64,000 nt of DNA. Source: an uncultured Rickettsiales bacterium. GTDB taxonomy: Bacteria > Myxococcota_A > UBA796 > UBA9615 > CAYRNR01. The notes under the pieces are model-generated. The model did no database searches and was not told the DNA's origin. It saw nothing but the letters and a program-made list of their open reading frames with translations. Both the position numbers and the translations under genes were made by a program. The DNA lies in NCBI GenBank assembly GCA_964558555.1, contig CAZLEO010000001.1, positions 16,186 to 80,185 of the forward strand, in the 5' to 3' direction. This document shows positions 19,332 through 28,919 of this stretch, piece by piece (positions within the stretch are counted from its first letter, which is position 1; the number at the start of each line of letters is the position of its first letter).

Positions 19332-20351
19332 GTGGCCAGGGAGATCCGCGATTCGTCCGAGTTGACGTCGCTGCAGAAGGCCTCGGTGCTGGTGATGAGC
19401 CTGCCCGAGGACCTGGTGCGGGAACTGCTCAAGCAGCTGCCGCCCGAGTACGTGCGCGCCATCGGTAACACCGTGGCCAACCTGCCGCGCATCAACGCCG
19501 AGATCATCGAGGAGATCTGCCTGGAGTTCGTCAACGAGCTCGTCTCCCCCCTGCCGCGCCAGCTCGAGGGGCGTCAGTACCTCCACCACGTGTTTCCTCG
19601 CGTGGTGGATCCGAACATGGCGCAGGAGATCGTGCGCGAGGTGGAGGGCCGCGAGCTGCGGTCCATCCGCATGTGGTTGCGCACCGTGCCCAACATGACG
19701 CTGGCGTCCGTGCTGTCGCGCGAGCACCCGCAGACCATCGCCGTGGTGTGCGCCCTGGCCGAGCCGCGGATCTCCGGGCAGATCCTCAAGGGGCTGCCCG
19801 ACGAGGTGCGCGACGAGGTGCTTTTCCGCCAGGCCGGCCTCGAGGAGCTGCCCGCGGAGGTCCTCGGTGAGATCGAGGAGGTGCTCGTGCGTGACGTGGC
19901 CCCCGGGCCACCGGACGCCCGGACCGACCTCGAGGGCATCGAGAGCGCCGCGTCCGTGCTCAAGAACCTGCCGCCGGAGGAGCGGGAGACGGCGCTGCAG
20001 CGCATCCGCAAGATGGACGAGGAGATCGCCGAGCAGATCATGCGGTCCATGTACAGCTTCGACACGCTGTACTACGCCGACGACCGCGGCATCCAGGCGC
20101 TGCTCAAGGTGGTGGATCGCAAGGACCTCACCGTGGCGCTCAAGGGCACGACCATGGGCGTGCAGGAGAAGTTCTTCAAGAACATGTCCGAGCGAGCCGC
20201 GGCGTTCCTGCAGGAGGACCTGGACGTGATGGGCGCCATGCGCACCACCGACGTGGAGGAGGCGCAGCGGCGCATCATGGCCCAGGCGCTGGTGCTGGAG
20301 TCCGAGGGCAACCTGATGTTCGTGGAGATGGACGCGGAGGACATGTTCTAG
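19332..20351 (+). CDS. fliG: Motor switch protein FliG
   Basis: Motifs QKASVL, EHPQTIA, DDRGIQ, ALKG, KNMSERAA, DVEEAQ. Confidence 0.93.
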   Translation: MAREIRDSSELTSLQKASVLVMSLPEDLVRELLKQLPPEYVRAIGNTVANLPRINAEIIEEICLEFVNELVSPLPRQLEGRQYLHHVFPRVVDPNMAQEIVREVEGRELRSIRMWLRTVPNMTLASVLSREHPQTIAVVCALAEPRISGQILKGLPDEVRDEVLFRQAGLEELPAEVLGEIEEVLVRDVAPGPPDARTDLEGIESAASVLKNLPPEERETALQRIRKMDEEIAEQIMRSMYSFDTLYYADDRGIQALLKVVDRKDLTVALKGTTMGVQEKFFKNMSERAAAFLQEDLDVMGAMRTTDVEEAQRRIMAQALVLESEGNLMFVEMDAEDMF

Positions 20352-21053
20352 ATGGGCTTCACCCCCCTGGGCAAGGGACGTCGGGGCTTCACGCCCGTGG
20401 GCGGTGCTGCGCCTGGCTTCCGGCCGCTGCGGCCGATCGAGCCGGAGCCGGCCGCGTCCGCCGGTCCGCCGCCCGAGGTCCTCGCCGAGGGTTCCCTCGA
20501 CGACGAGGAGATGTCCGTGTCCCTGCGCGCCGAGGGCCGCGAGGAGGGCTTCGAGCGCGGCTACCAGGAGGGGCAGGAGCAGGCGCGCGCCGAGCTCGCG
20601 GCCACGGTGGAGACCGCCGAGGAGCTGGTCAAGGAGTTGCAGTCCACACGGGCGCGGATGTTCGACTCGTCGCGCAACGACCTCGTCGACATGCTCGCGG
20701 CCAGCCTGGAGTGGCTGCACCTGGCCTCCCTGGAGACGGATCGTGAGCTCATCGTGCGCGTCGTGGACGCGGTGCTCGCCGACTTCCAGGGGGACGAGAA
20801 GATCACGCTGCACGTGAACCCCGAGGACCACGACACCATCGTCGCCGAGCTCAGCCTGGGGCAGCGCCCCTGGACCGGCTGGGATCTGAGCATCGTGCAG
20901 GACGCGGAGATCCAGCGCGGGGGCTGCCTGGTCAAGGCGCCCGAGGGCAGCGTCGACGCCACGATCACCGAGCGGCTGAGCCGCCTGCAGGAGGAGATCG
21001 AAGCGCTGCGGGCCCGCGAGGATGACGAGCTGGACCTGGAAGGTGACCTGTGA
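20352..21053 (+). CDS. fliH: Flagellar assembly protein FliH
   Basis: GxxxG repeats (EGREEGFERGYQEG), LHVNPED, GGCLV...GSVDA; lies between fliG and fliI. Confidence 0.88.
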   Translation: MGFTPLGKGRRGFTPVGGAAPGFRPLRPIEPEPAASAGPPPEVLAEGSLDDEEMSVSLRAEGREEGFERGYQEGQEQARAELAATVETAEELVKELQSTRARMFDSSRNDLVDMLAASLEWLHLASLETDRELIVRVVDAVLADFQGDEKITLHVNPEDHDTIVAELSLGQRPWTGWDLSIVQDAEIQRGGCLVKAPEGSVDATITERLSRLQEEIEALRAREDDELDLEGDL

Positions 21054-22411
21054 TGCCGGCCGATCACCGACCCCTGCGCGGCGCCGCCAACCGCATCCGC
21101 GGCCTGCCCCGCTTCCGGCGGCAGGGCACCGTGTCCGACGTGGTCGGGACCGTGATCGAGGGCAACGCCCCCGGCGCCGTGCTGGGCAGCCTGTGCGCGG
21201 TGGGCGCCGACACCGGCGGCGAGCCGCTGCTGGGCGAGGTGGTGGGATTCCGCGGCAAGTCCGTGCTGGTGATGCCCTACGGCGAGCTGGCCGGCGTGTA
21301 CCACGGGTCCTCCCTGGAGATCCTCGGCACCTCCTTCAGCATTCCCGTGGGCAACGACCTGCTGGGACGCGTCGTGGACGGCCTGGGCCGGCCCATCGAC
21401 GGCGGCCCGCCCATGGATCCGGAGACCGATGTCTCCGTGTGGAGTGAGGGGGTGTCGCCCCTGCACCGAGCCCGCATCGAGGAACCCCTCGAGCTGGGTA
21501 TCGGCGCGCTGGACAGCATGATGGTCTGCGGCCGGGGCCAGCGCATGGGCATCTTCAGCGGCGCGGGCGTGGGCAAGTCGACGCTGCTGGGCATGATCGC
21601 CCGCGAGGTCTCGGCGGACATCAACGTCATCGCCCTGATCGGTGAGCGCGGTCGCGAGGTGCGCGAGTTCGTCGAGCGGGATCTGGGTGAGGCGGGCATG
21701 GAGCGATCCGTGGTCGTGGCGGTCACGTCGGACCAGTCGCCCGTGCTCCGGGTCAAGGGGGCCTTCGTGGCCACGGCCATCGCCGAGCACTTCCGCAACC
21801 AGGGGCTGCACGTGGTGCTGATGATGGACAGCTTGACGCGGTTCTCCATGGCCCAGCGGGAGATCGGCCTGGCCGTGGGCGAGCCCCCGACCGCGCGCGG
21901 CTACACCCCCTCGGTGTTCGGCATGATGCCCCGCCTGCTGGAGCGGTGCGGTCCCCTGGACGCCGGCGGCTCCATCACCGGCCTGTACACGGTCCTGGTG
22001 GAGGGGGACGACCTGCGCGATCCCATCGCGGACACGGCCCGGGCGATCCTCGACGGGCACGTGGTGCTGTCTCGACAGCTCGCGGCGCGGGGCCACTACC
22101 CGGCCGTGGACGTGCTGTCGTCGATCTCCCGCGTCATGCCCGACGTGGTGGACGACGCCCACATGGCGGACGCGGCGCGCGTGCGCCGCCTGCTGTCCAT
22201 CTACGAGGACGCCGCGGAGATGATCAACATCGGCGCGTACCGCCCGGGCAGCAACCCCGCGGTGGACCACGCCATCGAGATGATGCCGGTGGTGGACCGC
22301 TTCCTGCGACAGGACCGCAAGGAGAGCCCCTGCTTCTCCGAGACCCGCGAGGCGCTGGGCGAGCTGGCGTCCCTGATCGACCTCGACCGCCTCGACGGAG
22401 TGGCCCGATGA
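21050..22411 (+). CDS. fliI: Flagellar export ATPase FliI
   Basis: Motifs GQRMGIFSGAGVGKSTLL, IGERGREV, DSLTRF, GEPP, ILDGH. Confidence 0.95.
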   Translation: MMPADHRPLRGAANRIRGLPRFRRQGTVSDVVGTVIEGNAPGAVLGSLCAVGADTGGEPLLGEVVGFRGKSVLVMPYGELAGVYHGSSLEILGTSFSIPVGNDLLGRVVDGLGRPIDGGPPMDPETDVSVWSEGVSPLHRARIEEPLELGIGALDSMMVCGRGQRMGIFSGAGVGKSTLLGMIAREVSADINVIALIGERGREVREFVERDLGEAGMERSVVVAVTSDQSPVLRVKGAFVATAIAEHFRNQGLHVVLMMDSLTRFSMAQREIGLAVGEPPTARGYTPSVFGMMPRLLERCGPLDAGGSITGLYTVLVEGDDLRDPIADTARAILDGHVVLSRQLAARGHYPAVDVLSSISRVMPDVVDDAHMADAARVRRLLSIYEDAAEMINIGAYRPGSNPAVDHAIEMMPVVDRFLRQDRKESPCFSETREALGELASLIDLDRLDGVAR

Positions 22412-22851
22412 CGCGCGACACCCGCACGAGGCTGAGGGACCTGGCGCGCCACGAGCGCGACGAGGTCGCGGCCAGGCTGCGGCGCCTGGAGGGGCGGCTC
22501 GCCGAGATCGACGAGTCCCTCGAGGCCCTGCTGGGGGAGATCGCACGGTCCGAGATGACGGTGCGGGAGCGGCTGACGGACATGTTCGACCGCGAGGCCA
22601 CGGTGAACTACATCGCCGGTCTGCGTGAGCGCGAGAAGTCCCTGCGCGACCAGCGTGTCGAGGTGATCACCCGGCGCGACGAGGTCCGCAAGAGCCTGAA
22701 GCAACGGGTGGTGGAGCATCGGCAGATGGACAAGCTCGTGGAGAACGCCAGGAACACCCAGGAGCTGGAGACCCAGCGGCGGGAAGAGATGACCTCGGAC
22801 GACCTCGCCAGCGGGCACTGGCACACGGTGCGGGAGGGTAACGGTGACTGA
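22408..22851 (+). CDS. fliJ: Flagellar export protein FliJ-like coiled coil
   Basis: 147-aa coiled coil directly after fliI, ending ...SDDLA. Assignment is mainly positional. Confidence 0.7.
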   Translation: MTRDTRTRLRDLARHERDEVAARLRRLEGRLAEIDESLEALLGEIARSEMTVRERLTDMFDREATVNYIAGLREREKSLRDQRVEVITRRDEVRKSLKQRVVEHRQMDKLVENARNTQELETQRREEMTSDDLASGHWHTVREGNGD

Positions 22852-23473
22852 GCGATGGAGACTGCTCGGGCTCGCGCTGCCCGCCGTCCTGGCGGTGCTG
22901 TTCGTGGCCCACCTCGCGTGGAGCCAGGACGAGGAAGCCGAGGAGGGCGATGAGGGCGACGAGGAGGCCGAGGTCGAGGGAACCGACGACTCCGATCGCA
23001 AGCGGGCGCCCGCCGTGGTGGCCGCGCCGGTGGAGTACTGCGTGTCCCCCGAGGAGATGGCCATCCTGGAGCTGGTGGGGCACCGCCACTGGGAGCTGCA
23101 GCAGCGCGACGAGCTGCTGGTGGTCCAGGAACAGGCCGTGCGCTCCATGCAGCAGGAGATCCGCGCCGAGGTGCGGCGACTGGAGCAGCTGCGCAAGGCC
23201 ATCGAGGACCTGCTGCTGGCCCGGGAGCAGGCACGCCGCGACGGCGGAGACGCCCTGGTGCAGATGGTCAACCAGATGAAGGCCGCGGACGCGGCCGAGA
23301 TGTTGTCCCGCATGGATCCGCTGCTCGCCGCGGCGGTGCTGGAGCGACTCTCGCCCCGACAGGCGGGGAAGATCCTGGGCGCCATGGACCCGGCCACGGC
23401 CGCCATGCTCGGCGGCTCCCTGGCCATGGACGAAATCGAGGAACCCGCGGCGAACGAGGGGGAAGGCCCATGA
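22844..23473 (+). CDS. MotE/FlbB-like flagellar protein (coiled coil + MgtE_N-like domain)
   Basis: N-terminal TM, coiled coil, MKAADAAEML...RQAGKILGAMDPATAA; typical position between fliJ and fliK. Confidence 0.75.
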   Translation: MTERWRLLGLALPAVLAVLFVAHLAWSQDEEAEEGDEGDEEAEVEGTDDSDRKRAPAVVAAPVEYCVSPEEMAILELVGHRHWELQQRDELLVVQEQAVRSMQQEIRAEVRRLEQLRKAIEDLLLAREQARRDGGDALVQMVNQMKAADAAEMLSRMDPLLAAAVLERLSPRQAGKILGAMDPATAAMLGGSLAMDEIEEPAANEGEGP

Positions 23474-24933
23474 GCAGGCTCCGACGTGTGCTGGACACCA
23501 GCAAGCTGGTCGCGGGCCAGGGGCCCCAGCAGCGCTCGAGGGTGGAGTCGCAGCCCGTGGACGACGCGGCGCAGCGCTTCCAGGAGATGGTCGCGACCCG
23601 ATCGGACCGCGAAGGCGCGGCGCCCCGCCCGGCCGAGCGCCCCGAGGCGAGCCCCGACCGCGGCGAGGACGTGGTGGATCTGACTCCCGAGACGCTGGTC
23701 TCGGTGGTAGCGCCTCCGGCGCGTGAGGACGAGTCCGAGGTGCTGGGCGACGAGCCGTCGCCGCCGCGGACGGAGCCCGAAGCCCCCGCCCAGCCCCAAC
23801 CCGCGCCGGCGCCCGCGCCCGCGCAGGCTTCGGCTGCTGCGACGGCCCCGGCCCCCGCGCCCACGCCCGCGTGGAAACCGCTGACAGCCTCCGCGCTGGA
23901 CGCGGCGCGCGGTCACGACCCTGCGCCGGCCCTGCGCGACAAGCCCGTGCCCCCGCCCCCGGTCCTGGCGGCCCCGGCCGAGCCCTCCCCCGAACCCCAG
24001 GCAGGGGGGGGAGTGCGAGCCTGGCTGGCCAGCAAGGGGGCCCCACCGGCCGCCGAGGTGACCACCCCCACGGTGGACGCCGCGGCGACGGCGTCCGCGG
24101 ATGCGCCCGCTGCGGGCCCGGGCGGCAGCTTGCCCGTCGGCCTGGCCGGCGCCCCGGCGGTGAAGTGGGCCGAGGTGATGCGCAAGGGCGCGCAGCGCGC
24201 CCAGGGTTCGCCGGTCGCCGGCGCCCCGGCAGTGACCGCTGGATCATCGGGCTCGGGCGACCTGCCCAGGGAGCTCATGGATCTGATCGCGGGCAAGTCC
24301 CAGCGGCCTGAGACTGCGCCGGAGGAGGCGCAACCGGACCCACCGGCCGCCGCGGATCGACCCGCCAATGCCCCTCGCGAGGATTCGCTGCTGCAGGCCT
24401 TCGACAAGGCCATGGCTGCGGCGCGCGAGCCCGCTACCCCGGCGGGCGCGGCCACACGATCCGCGGCCGCCGCGCGGCCCGCCGCCCCGCCGCAGCCGGC
24501 CTTCTTCGCGCCCGCGCCGGAGCAGCCCCCCGGCGCCATGCGCATCCGCGTGCCCACCGCCAACGGCGAGACCGTCCGCGGCAGCCTGCACGTGGACCCG
24601 GACACCCGCGCCGTCCGGCTGACGCTGGCGGTGCAGGAGGGCGACACGGCGCGATCCATGTCCACGGCTCACGAGATGCTGCGGGCGCGCCTGGCCGACG
24701 AGGGCTACCAGCTCAACAGCTACGTGGTGCGCCACGACGGCAAGAGCATCGTCCGGCTGGACAGCGGACAGCTCGATCCCGGCGGCGCGTCCGCCGACGG
24801 CGGGGCCGAGGGCGACCCGGCCGGAGACCCGAACTCACAGCGACCCGATGCAGACAACCCACGCGAACCGCTCGAGCCCCCCGAGGTGCCCGAGCTCACG
24901 GACGATCCGGTGATCGCCGGCTGGTTCGTGTGA
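23470..24933 (+). CDS. fliK: Probable hook-length control protein FliK
   Basis: Long Pro/Ala-rich disordered region, a C-terminal folded domain (LRARLADEGYQL), and position immediately before flgD. Confidence 0.65.
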   Translation: MSRLRRVLDTSKLVAGQGPQQRSRVESQPVDDAAQRFQEMVATRSDREGAAPRPAERPEASPDRGEDVVDLTPETLVSVVAPPAREDESEVLGDEPSPPRTEPEAPAQPQPAPAPAPAQASAAATAPAPAPTPAWKPLTASALDAARGHDPAPALRDKPVPPPPVLAAPAEPSPEPQAGGGVRAWLASKGAPPAAEVTTPTVDAAATASADAPAAGPGGSLPVGLAGAPAVKWAEVMRKGAQRAQGSPVAGAPAVTAGSSGSGDLPRELMDLIAGKSQRPETAPEEAQPDPPAAADRPANAPREDSLLQAFDKAMAAAREPATPAGAATRSAAAARPAAPPQPAFFAPAPEQPPGAMRIRVPTANGETVRGSLHVDPDTRAVRLTLAVQEGDTARSMSTAHEMLRARLADEGYQLNSYVVRHDGKSIVRLDSGQLDPGGASADGGAEGDPAGDPNSQRPDADNPREPLEPPEVPELTDDPVIAGWFV

Positions 24934-24958
24934 ACCCACCGGAGGGAGGAGACGAAGG

Positions 24959-25705
24959 ATGAATGTCGATGGGGTGACCAACCAGCTCCTCAGCGAGATC
25001 CCGACAGAGGGTCCGCCTGAGGCATCCCAAGAGCTGGACGAGGAGGACTTCCTGACGCTGTTGCTGACCCAGCTGCAGTACCAGGACCCGCTCGATCCCA
25101 TGGAAGGCGTGGAGATGATGGATCAGATCGCCGCCCTCAACCAGGTGGAGCAGCTGCAGGTGGCCAACGAGTCCCTGGAGGCGCTGATCCTGGGGATGGC
25201 GTCGCTGAACAACGCGTCGGCCATGCAGCTGGTGGACCGCGAGGTCATGGTGGTGGGGGATACCTTCACCGCCGACGCCGGCTCGGCCCCGTTCGGCTAC
25301 GTGCTGGGCGAGGACGTGGACGAGGTGGAGGTGACGATCCTCGATTCCCAGGGCAACGCGGTCCAGACCTGGCAGCACGGCGCGACCAACGCCGGGCTGA
25401 CCCAGCTGAGCTTCGACTCGGCGCAGGCAGGCGAGACCTACTCCGTGGTGGTGCACGCGTACCGCGACGGCGTGGAGGTGGACGCCCAGGCTGCGGTCGT
25501 GGGGCACGTGGACGGCCTCGACTTCTCTGCAGGCCTGGTCCAGCTGGTCGTCGGTGACCAGCTCATCGGCCTCGACGAGGTGCTCGTGGTGCTCCCGGTA
25601 GGGGACAGCGCGGCCACCGCGGACGACGGGACCGAGCTCCTGGCCCAGCAGCTGACCGAGGCGGTCCAGGCGCTGGGGACCCAGCTGAACGGAGGCAACC
25701 CATGA
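24959..25705 (+). CDS. flgD: Hook capping protein FlgD
   Basis: FLTLLLTQLQYQDPLDP. Confidence 0.93.
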   Translation: MNVDGVTNQLLSEIPTEGPPEASQELDEEDFLTLLLTQLQYQDPLDPMEGVEMMDQIAALNQVEQLQVANESLEALILGMASLNNASAMQLVDREVMVVGDTFTADAGSAPFGYVLGEDVDEVEVTILDSQGNAVQTWQHGATNAGLTQLSFDSAQAGETYSVVVHAYRDGVEVDAQAAVVGHVDGLDFSAGLVQLVVGDQLIGLDEVLVVLPVGDSAATADDGTELLAQQLTEAVQALGTQLNGGNP

Positions 25706-26070
25706 CGGCGCCCATCCAAGGCGTACAGACCGGGTATGGCCTCCACGAGGCGAGCAAGGCTCGCCACGACGAGCCGGTCGAGAGTGGACGGTTCGGCGAT
25801 CAGCTCGAGGAGAAGCTCCGCATCAGCGGCCACGCGGCCAAGCGGATGCGCAGCCGAGGACTCGAGCTGGAGCAACCGGACATGGACCGGCTGAGCAGCG
25901 CCGTGGACCAGGCGGGAGAGAAGGGGTCGAACGAGGCCCTGATCCTCATGGACGGGGTGGCCTTCGTGGTCTCCGTGCCCAACCGCACCGTGATCACGGC
26001 CCACAGCGGCCCGGGCGACCGGGTCTACACCAACATCGACAGCACCATCGTGCTGGGAGGGGAGCGGTAG
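25702..26070 (+). CDS. Flagellar operon protein (TIGR02530-like)
   Basis: Motifs ISGHAAKRMRSR, VVSVPNRTVITA, VYTNIDSTIV. Confidence 0.85.
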   Translation: MTAPIQGVQTGYGLHEASKARHDEPVESGRFGDQLEEKLRISGHAAKRMRSRGLELEQPDMDRLSSAVDQAGEKGSNEALILMDGVAFVVSVPNRTVITAHSGPGDRVYTNIDSTIVLGGER

Positions 26071-26134
26071 AGAGCCGATCGCAGATGCGCCGGGACCGCA
26101 CGAACGCGGCTGCCGGCGGACAACGTGGAAACAC

Positions 26135-26200
26135 GGTCCCGGTCTGAACGCCTCCGGGCGTCAGAGGGACCAGGCAGCGCCGATCGATTGACGCGCTGCC
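26135..26200 (+). ncRNA. Candidate structured cis-regulatory RNA in the flgE leader
   Basis: Hairpin GGTCCC/TCTGA/CGCC-TCCG-GGCG/TCAGA/GGGACC (UNCG loop), then GGCAGCGC-CGATCGATTGAC-GCGCTGCC. Confidence 0.45.
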
Positions 26201-26274
26201 GGTATCGGGGTGGACGCACAGGGCCCTCGCAGAGGGATCCCGGCCAGTGCGCCCGTCCGCCCGGAGGAACGCAC

Positions 26275-27567
26275 ATGTCTCTGTTCAGTACCCTCAGCAC
26301 CGGGGTCACCGGCCTGGGTGTGAACTCCGTCTCGCTGGCCGTGGCCGGCGACAACCTCGCCAACCTCAACACGGTGGGCTTCAAGGGCAGCCGCGCTCAG
26401 TTCCAGGACCTGATCATCACCGACGTGGCCGGCGCGTCGAGCCGATCCCAGCTGGGACTCGGCGCATTCCTGGGTGGCGTGAACAGCCAGTTCAGCCAGG
26501 GCTCCATCACCACCACCGGCCGCAGCGCCGACCTGGCCGTGGACGGCACGGGCCTCTTCGTGGTGTCCAACGAGAACGGCACCTACTACACCCGCGCCGG
26601 GTCCTTCTCCGTGGACGCGGAGGGCAAGATCGCCACGCTGGGCGGGATGGCCCTGCAGGGCTACACCGCCAACGAGGACGGTGAGGTCGGCTCCAGCCTC
26701 GGCGACCTGTACCTCACGCCCAACTCGCTGGCGCCATCGGCCACCGAGGACATCGTGGTCACCGCCAACCTCGACAGCGAGTCCACCGAGGTCACCGGGT
26801 GGGGCGGCACCGTGCCGACCACCCACGAGACCGCGGCCGACGAGGCCACCTACTCCACGTCCATGACCGTGTACGACAGCCTGGGCCAGGCCCACGAGGT
26901 CATCACCTACTTCCAGCTGACCGACGCGGCCAACAACACCTGGGAGTACTACGCGACCGTGGACGCCGGTGAGACTGGCGGCACCAGCGGCGACGTCGAG
27001 GTGGCGGAGTGGGGCACCCTGGTGTTCGACACCGACGGCTCCCTGTCGTCCCTGACCCAGGGCGCGAGCAACGCCATCACCTTCACCGGGGCGGACGCGC
27101 AGACCTTCGCCTTCGACCTCGGCGATCCCACCAACACCGCGGCCGAGGGTGCCCTCACCCAGTACGCCTCCGCCTCCACGGTCACCGGCCTGGAGCAGGA
27201 CGGCTTCGGCGCCGGTGACCTCATCGACTGGCAGATCGACCCCGACGGGACGGTCCGCGGCGTGTACTCCAACGGCCACGAACAGATCCTGGGCCAGGTC
27301 GCCCTGGCCATGTTCGCCAGCGCCGATGGGCTCGAGCGCGCCGGGGACAACCTGTGGATGGCCACCGAGAACGCCGGCGCCCCGTTGATCGGGGCGGCCA
27401 ACAGCGGCGGCCGCGGGGCGGTGTACCAGTACGCGCTGGAGAGCTCCAACGTGGACATCGAGTCCGAGTTCGTGAACATGATCACGGCTCAGCGCGGCTA
27501 CCAGGCCGCCGCCCGGGTCGTGGCCACCACGGACCAGATGCTCCAGGAGCTCGTGAACATCGTCTAA
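26275..27567 (+). CDS. flgE: Flagellar hook protein FlgE
   Basis: Motifs DNLANLNTVGFKGSR, YYTRAGSF, VYDSLG, LESSNVD, MITAQRGYQA. ATG 26275 follows GGAGG. Confidence 0.95.
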   Translation: MSLFSTLSTGVTGLGVNSVSLAVAGDNLANLNTVGFKGSRAQFQDLIITDVAGASSRSQLGLGAFLGGVNSQFSQGSITTTGRSADLAVDGTGLFVVSNENGTYYTRAGSFSVDAEGKIATLGGMALQGYTANEDGEVGSSLGDLYLTPNSLAPSATEDIVVTANLDSESTEVTGWGGTVPTTHETAADEATYSTSMTVYDSLGQAHEVITYFQLTDAANNTWEYYATVDAGETGGTSGDVEVAEWGTLVFDTDGSLSSLTQGASNAITFTGADAQTFAFDLGDPTNTAAEGALTQYASASTVTGLEQDGFGAGDLIDWQIDPDGTVRGVYSNGHEQILGQVALAMFASADGLERAGDNLWMATENAGAPLIGAANSGGRGAVYQYALESSNVDIESEFVNMITAQRGYQAAARVVATTDQMLQELVNIV

Positions 27568-27595
27568 CTGAGAGCTTTTCTGAGGCTTCCTGAGC

Positions 27596-27623
27596 CCCTC
27601 CCTGAGATTTTTCTCGGGGAGGG
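27596..27623 (+). terminator. Stem-loop after flgE (possible terminator or processing hairpin)
   Basis: CCCTCCCTGAGA-TTTT-TCTCGGGGAGGG; no clear U-tract. Confidence 0.45.
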
Positions 27624-27711
27624 CACAGGTTAAGTGCGCCCGGGAAGGCAGAGACGTACAGCGTTTTCGGCGGCTCGGAGAGGGCCGGCGAAAAAAAGTG
27701 AAAAAAAAGGC

Positions 27712-27738
27712 TAAAGAAATGTTCCTCGCGACCGATAC
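27712..27738 (+). promoter_or_regulatory. Sigma28 (FliA) promoter
   Basis: TAAA-N15-ACCGATAC, preceded by A-tracts at 27691-27708. Confidence 0.7.
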
Positions 27739-27778
27739 CCCTCTTGTATCGCCCCGGATCAAGAAGAGAGGGGTTGTT

Positions 27779-28600
27779 GTGCAACTGACGCAGACGATTG
27801 CTGAAGCAGAACAAGCACCGACGCTGTCCGAGCCGTTGCTGAAGGCCCTCGCCGCCGTGGCGAGGCAGTCCTTCGGGCGGCTGCTGGCCCCCCTGTCCCC
27901 CGACCGCACCGCCATCCTGAGGCGGGACGCCGGTCACGGGGCGGCCGACGAGAGCCTCTTTCTCCGCGCCGACCCGCTGCTGGCCGGACTGGCCCTGGCC
28001 GCAGCAAACGCGCCGGAGGTGGGGCTCGAACCGGTATCGACGTTGCCCGAGGCGGTCGAGCGCCTCGGCTCCGACGGTACCTGGTCCCTGCTGCAGGCGA
28101 GCGCCTCCTCTGCCGGCCCCGTGCCGGCCCCGTTCGAGGAGCCCGCCGAGCGGCTGGTGGCCCACAGCGTGGCCGTGGCGTCTCTGGCCAGACGCCTGGC
28201 TCGCGAGGAAGGGATGGACGAGGATCTGGCCTACACCGCCGGGTTGCTCCACGACGTGGGGCGCGGCCTGATGCTGCATTGCGTCAGCCGTCTCTCCTGC
28301 CTTCCCGAAGTGGCGTCCATCCTGGCCGTTCACGGCATCGAGACCTTCCTGGACCACCCCATCACGGACGTGATCGGCCGCGAACTGGCCCGCTGCTGGA
28401 ACGTCCCCGAGGTCCTGCGGGACGCCGTGGGTGTGTCGAGCGCCCTGCGCCGTCCGGTGGGCCGCACCCCGGCCGCCCTGGTGGCGCGCGCCGAGCAGAT
28501 GCTGCGCGGCGGGGTCAACCAGCACGCGCTGGAGACGGGCGACAGCTGGACCGCCAGCCGGTCCCTGGACTCCCTGCGAGAGTGCCCTGCGGTGGCGTAG
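27779..28600 (+). CDS. Stand-alone degenerate HDOD-domain protein
   Basis: Motifs ADPLLA, HSVAVA, AYTAGLLHDVG, IGRELARCWNVP. GTG start at 27779 chosen from the upstream promoter and RBS. Confidence 0.7.
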   Translation: MQLTQTIAEAEQAPTLSEPLLKALAAVARQSFGRLLAPLSPDRTAILRRDAGHGAADESLFLRADPLLAGLALAAANAPEVGLEPVSTLPEAVERLGSDGTWSLLQASASSAGPVPAPFEEPAERLVAHSVAVASLARRLAREEGMDEDLAYTAGLLHDVGRGLMLHCVSRLSCLPEVASILAVHGIETFLDHPITDVIGRELARCWNVPEVLRDAVGVSSALRRPVGRTPAALVARAEQMLRGGVNQHALETGDSWTASRSLDSLRECPAVA

Positions 28601-28610
28601 GAGGAGGGTG

Positions 28611-28644
28611 GTCAGAACGTCGGAAGATACGTCAACGGATTGAC
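28611..28644. promoter_or_regulatory. GTCA-N6-TGAC box pair upstream of the motA promoter
   Basis: GTCAACGGATTGAC at 28631-28644 and degenerate GTCAGAACGTCGGA at 28611-28624. Confidence 0.6.
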
Positions 28645-28870
28645 GAGGAGCCAAGGGGCTGACGGAGAACGCGCGTCCCACGCGTACGTGGTGGCGTGTC
28701 CGATCGTGCCCAATCTCATACCCGCCGCGGGGGTCCGAGAGGGCCCCTGTTCTTGTTCTCAAGTCTACGGAAATACAGCGTTTGTTCGCATGCGCAGGGG
28801 TCGCCCGCGTACCCTGATCCACGCGCGGACCGCCCCCGCACACCCCCCGACCTGGAGGGTCCGCGGTACA

Positions 28871-28887
28871 CTGGCACGCGGGTTGCT
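28871..28887 (+). promoter_or_regulatory. Sigma54 promoter of the motA-flhB operon
   Basis: CTGGCACGCGGGTTGCT, with GG-N10-GC spacing. Confidence 0.85.
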
Positions 28888-28919
28888 CATACAACACCTT
28901 CGAACAGGGAGAGGTTTAC

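Noticed and set aside
27568-27606. Four CTGAG direct repeats after flgE
   Set aside because: Too short and irregularly spaced (10-12 nt) to support a function.
27691-27708. Phase-variable homopolymer tracts
   Set aside because: The A7 and A8 runs lie upstream of the -35 element, outside the spacer and the likely CDS; an UP-element role is the simpler explanation.
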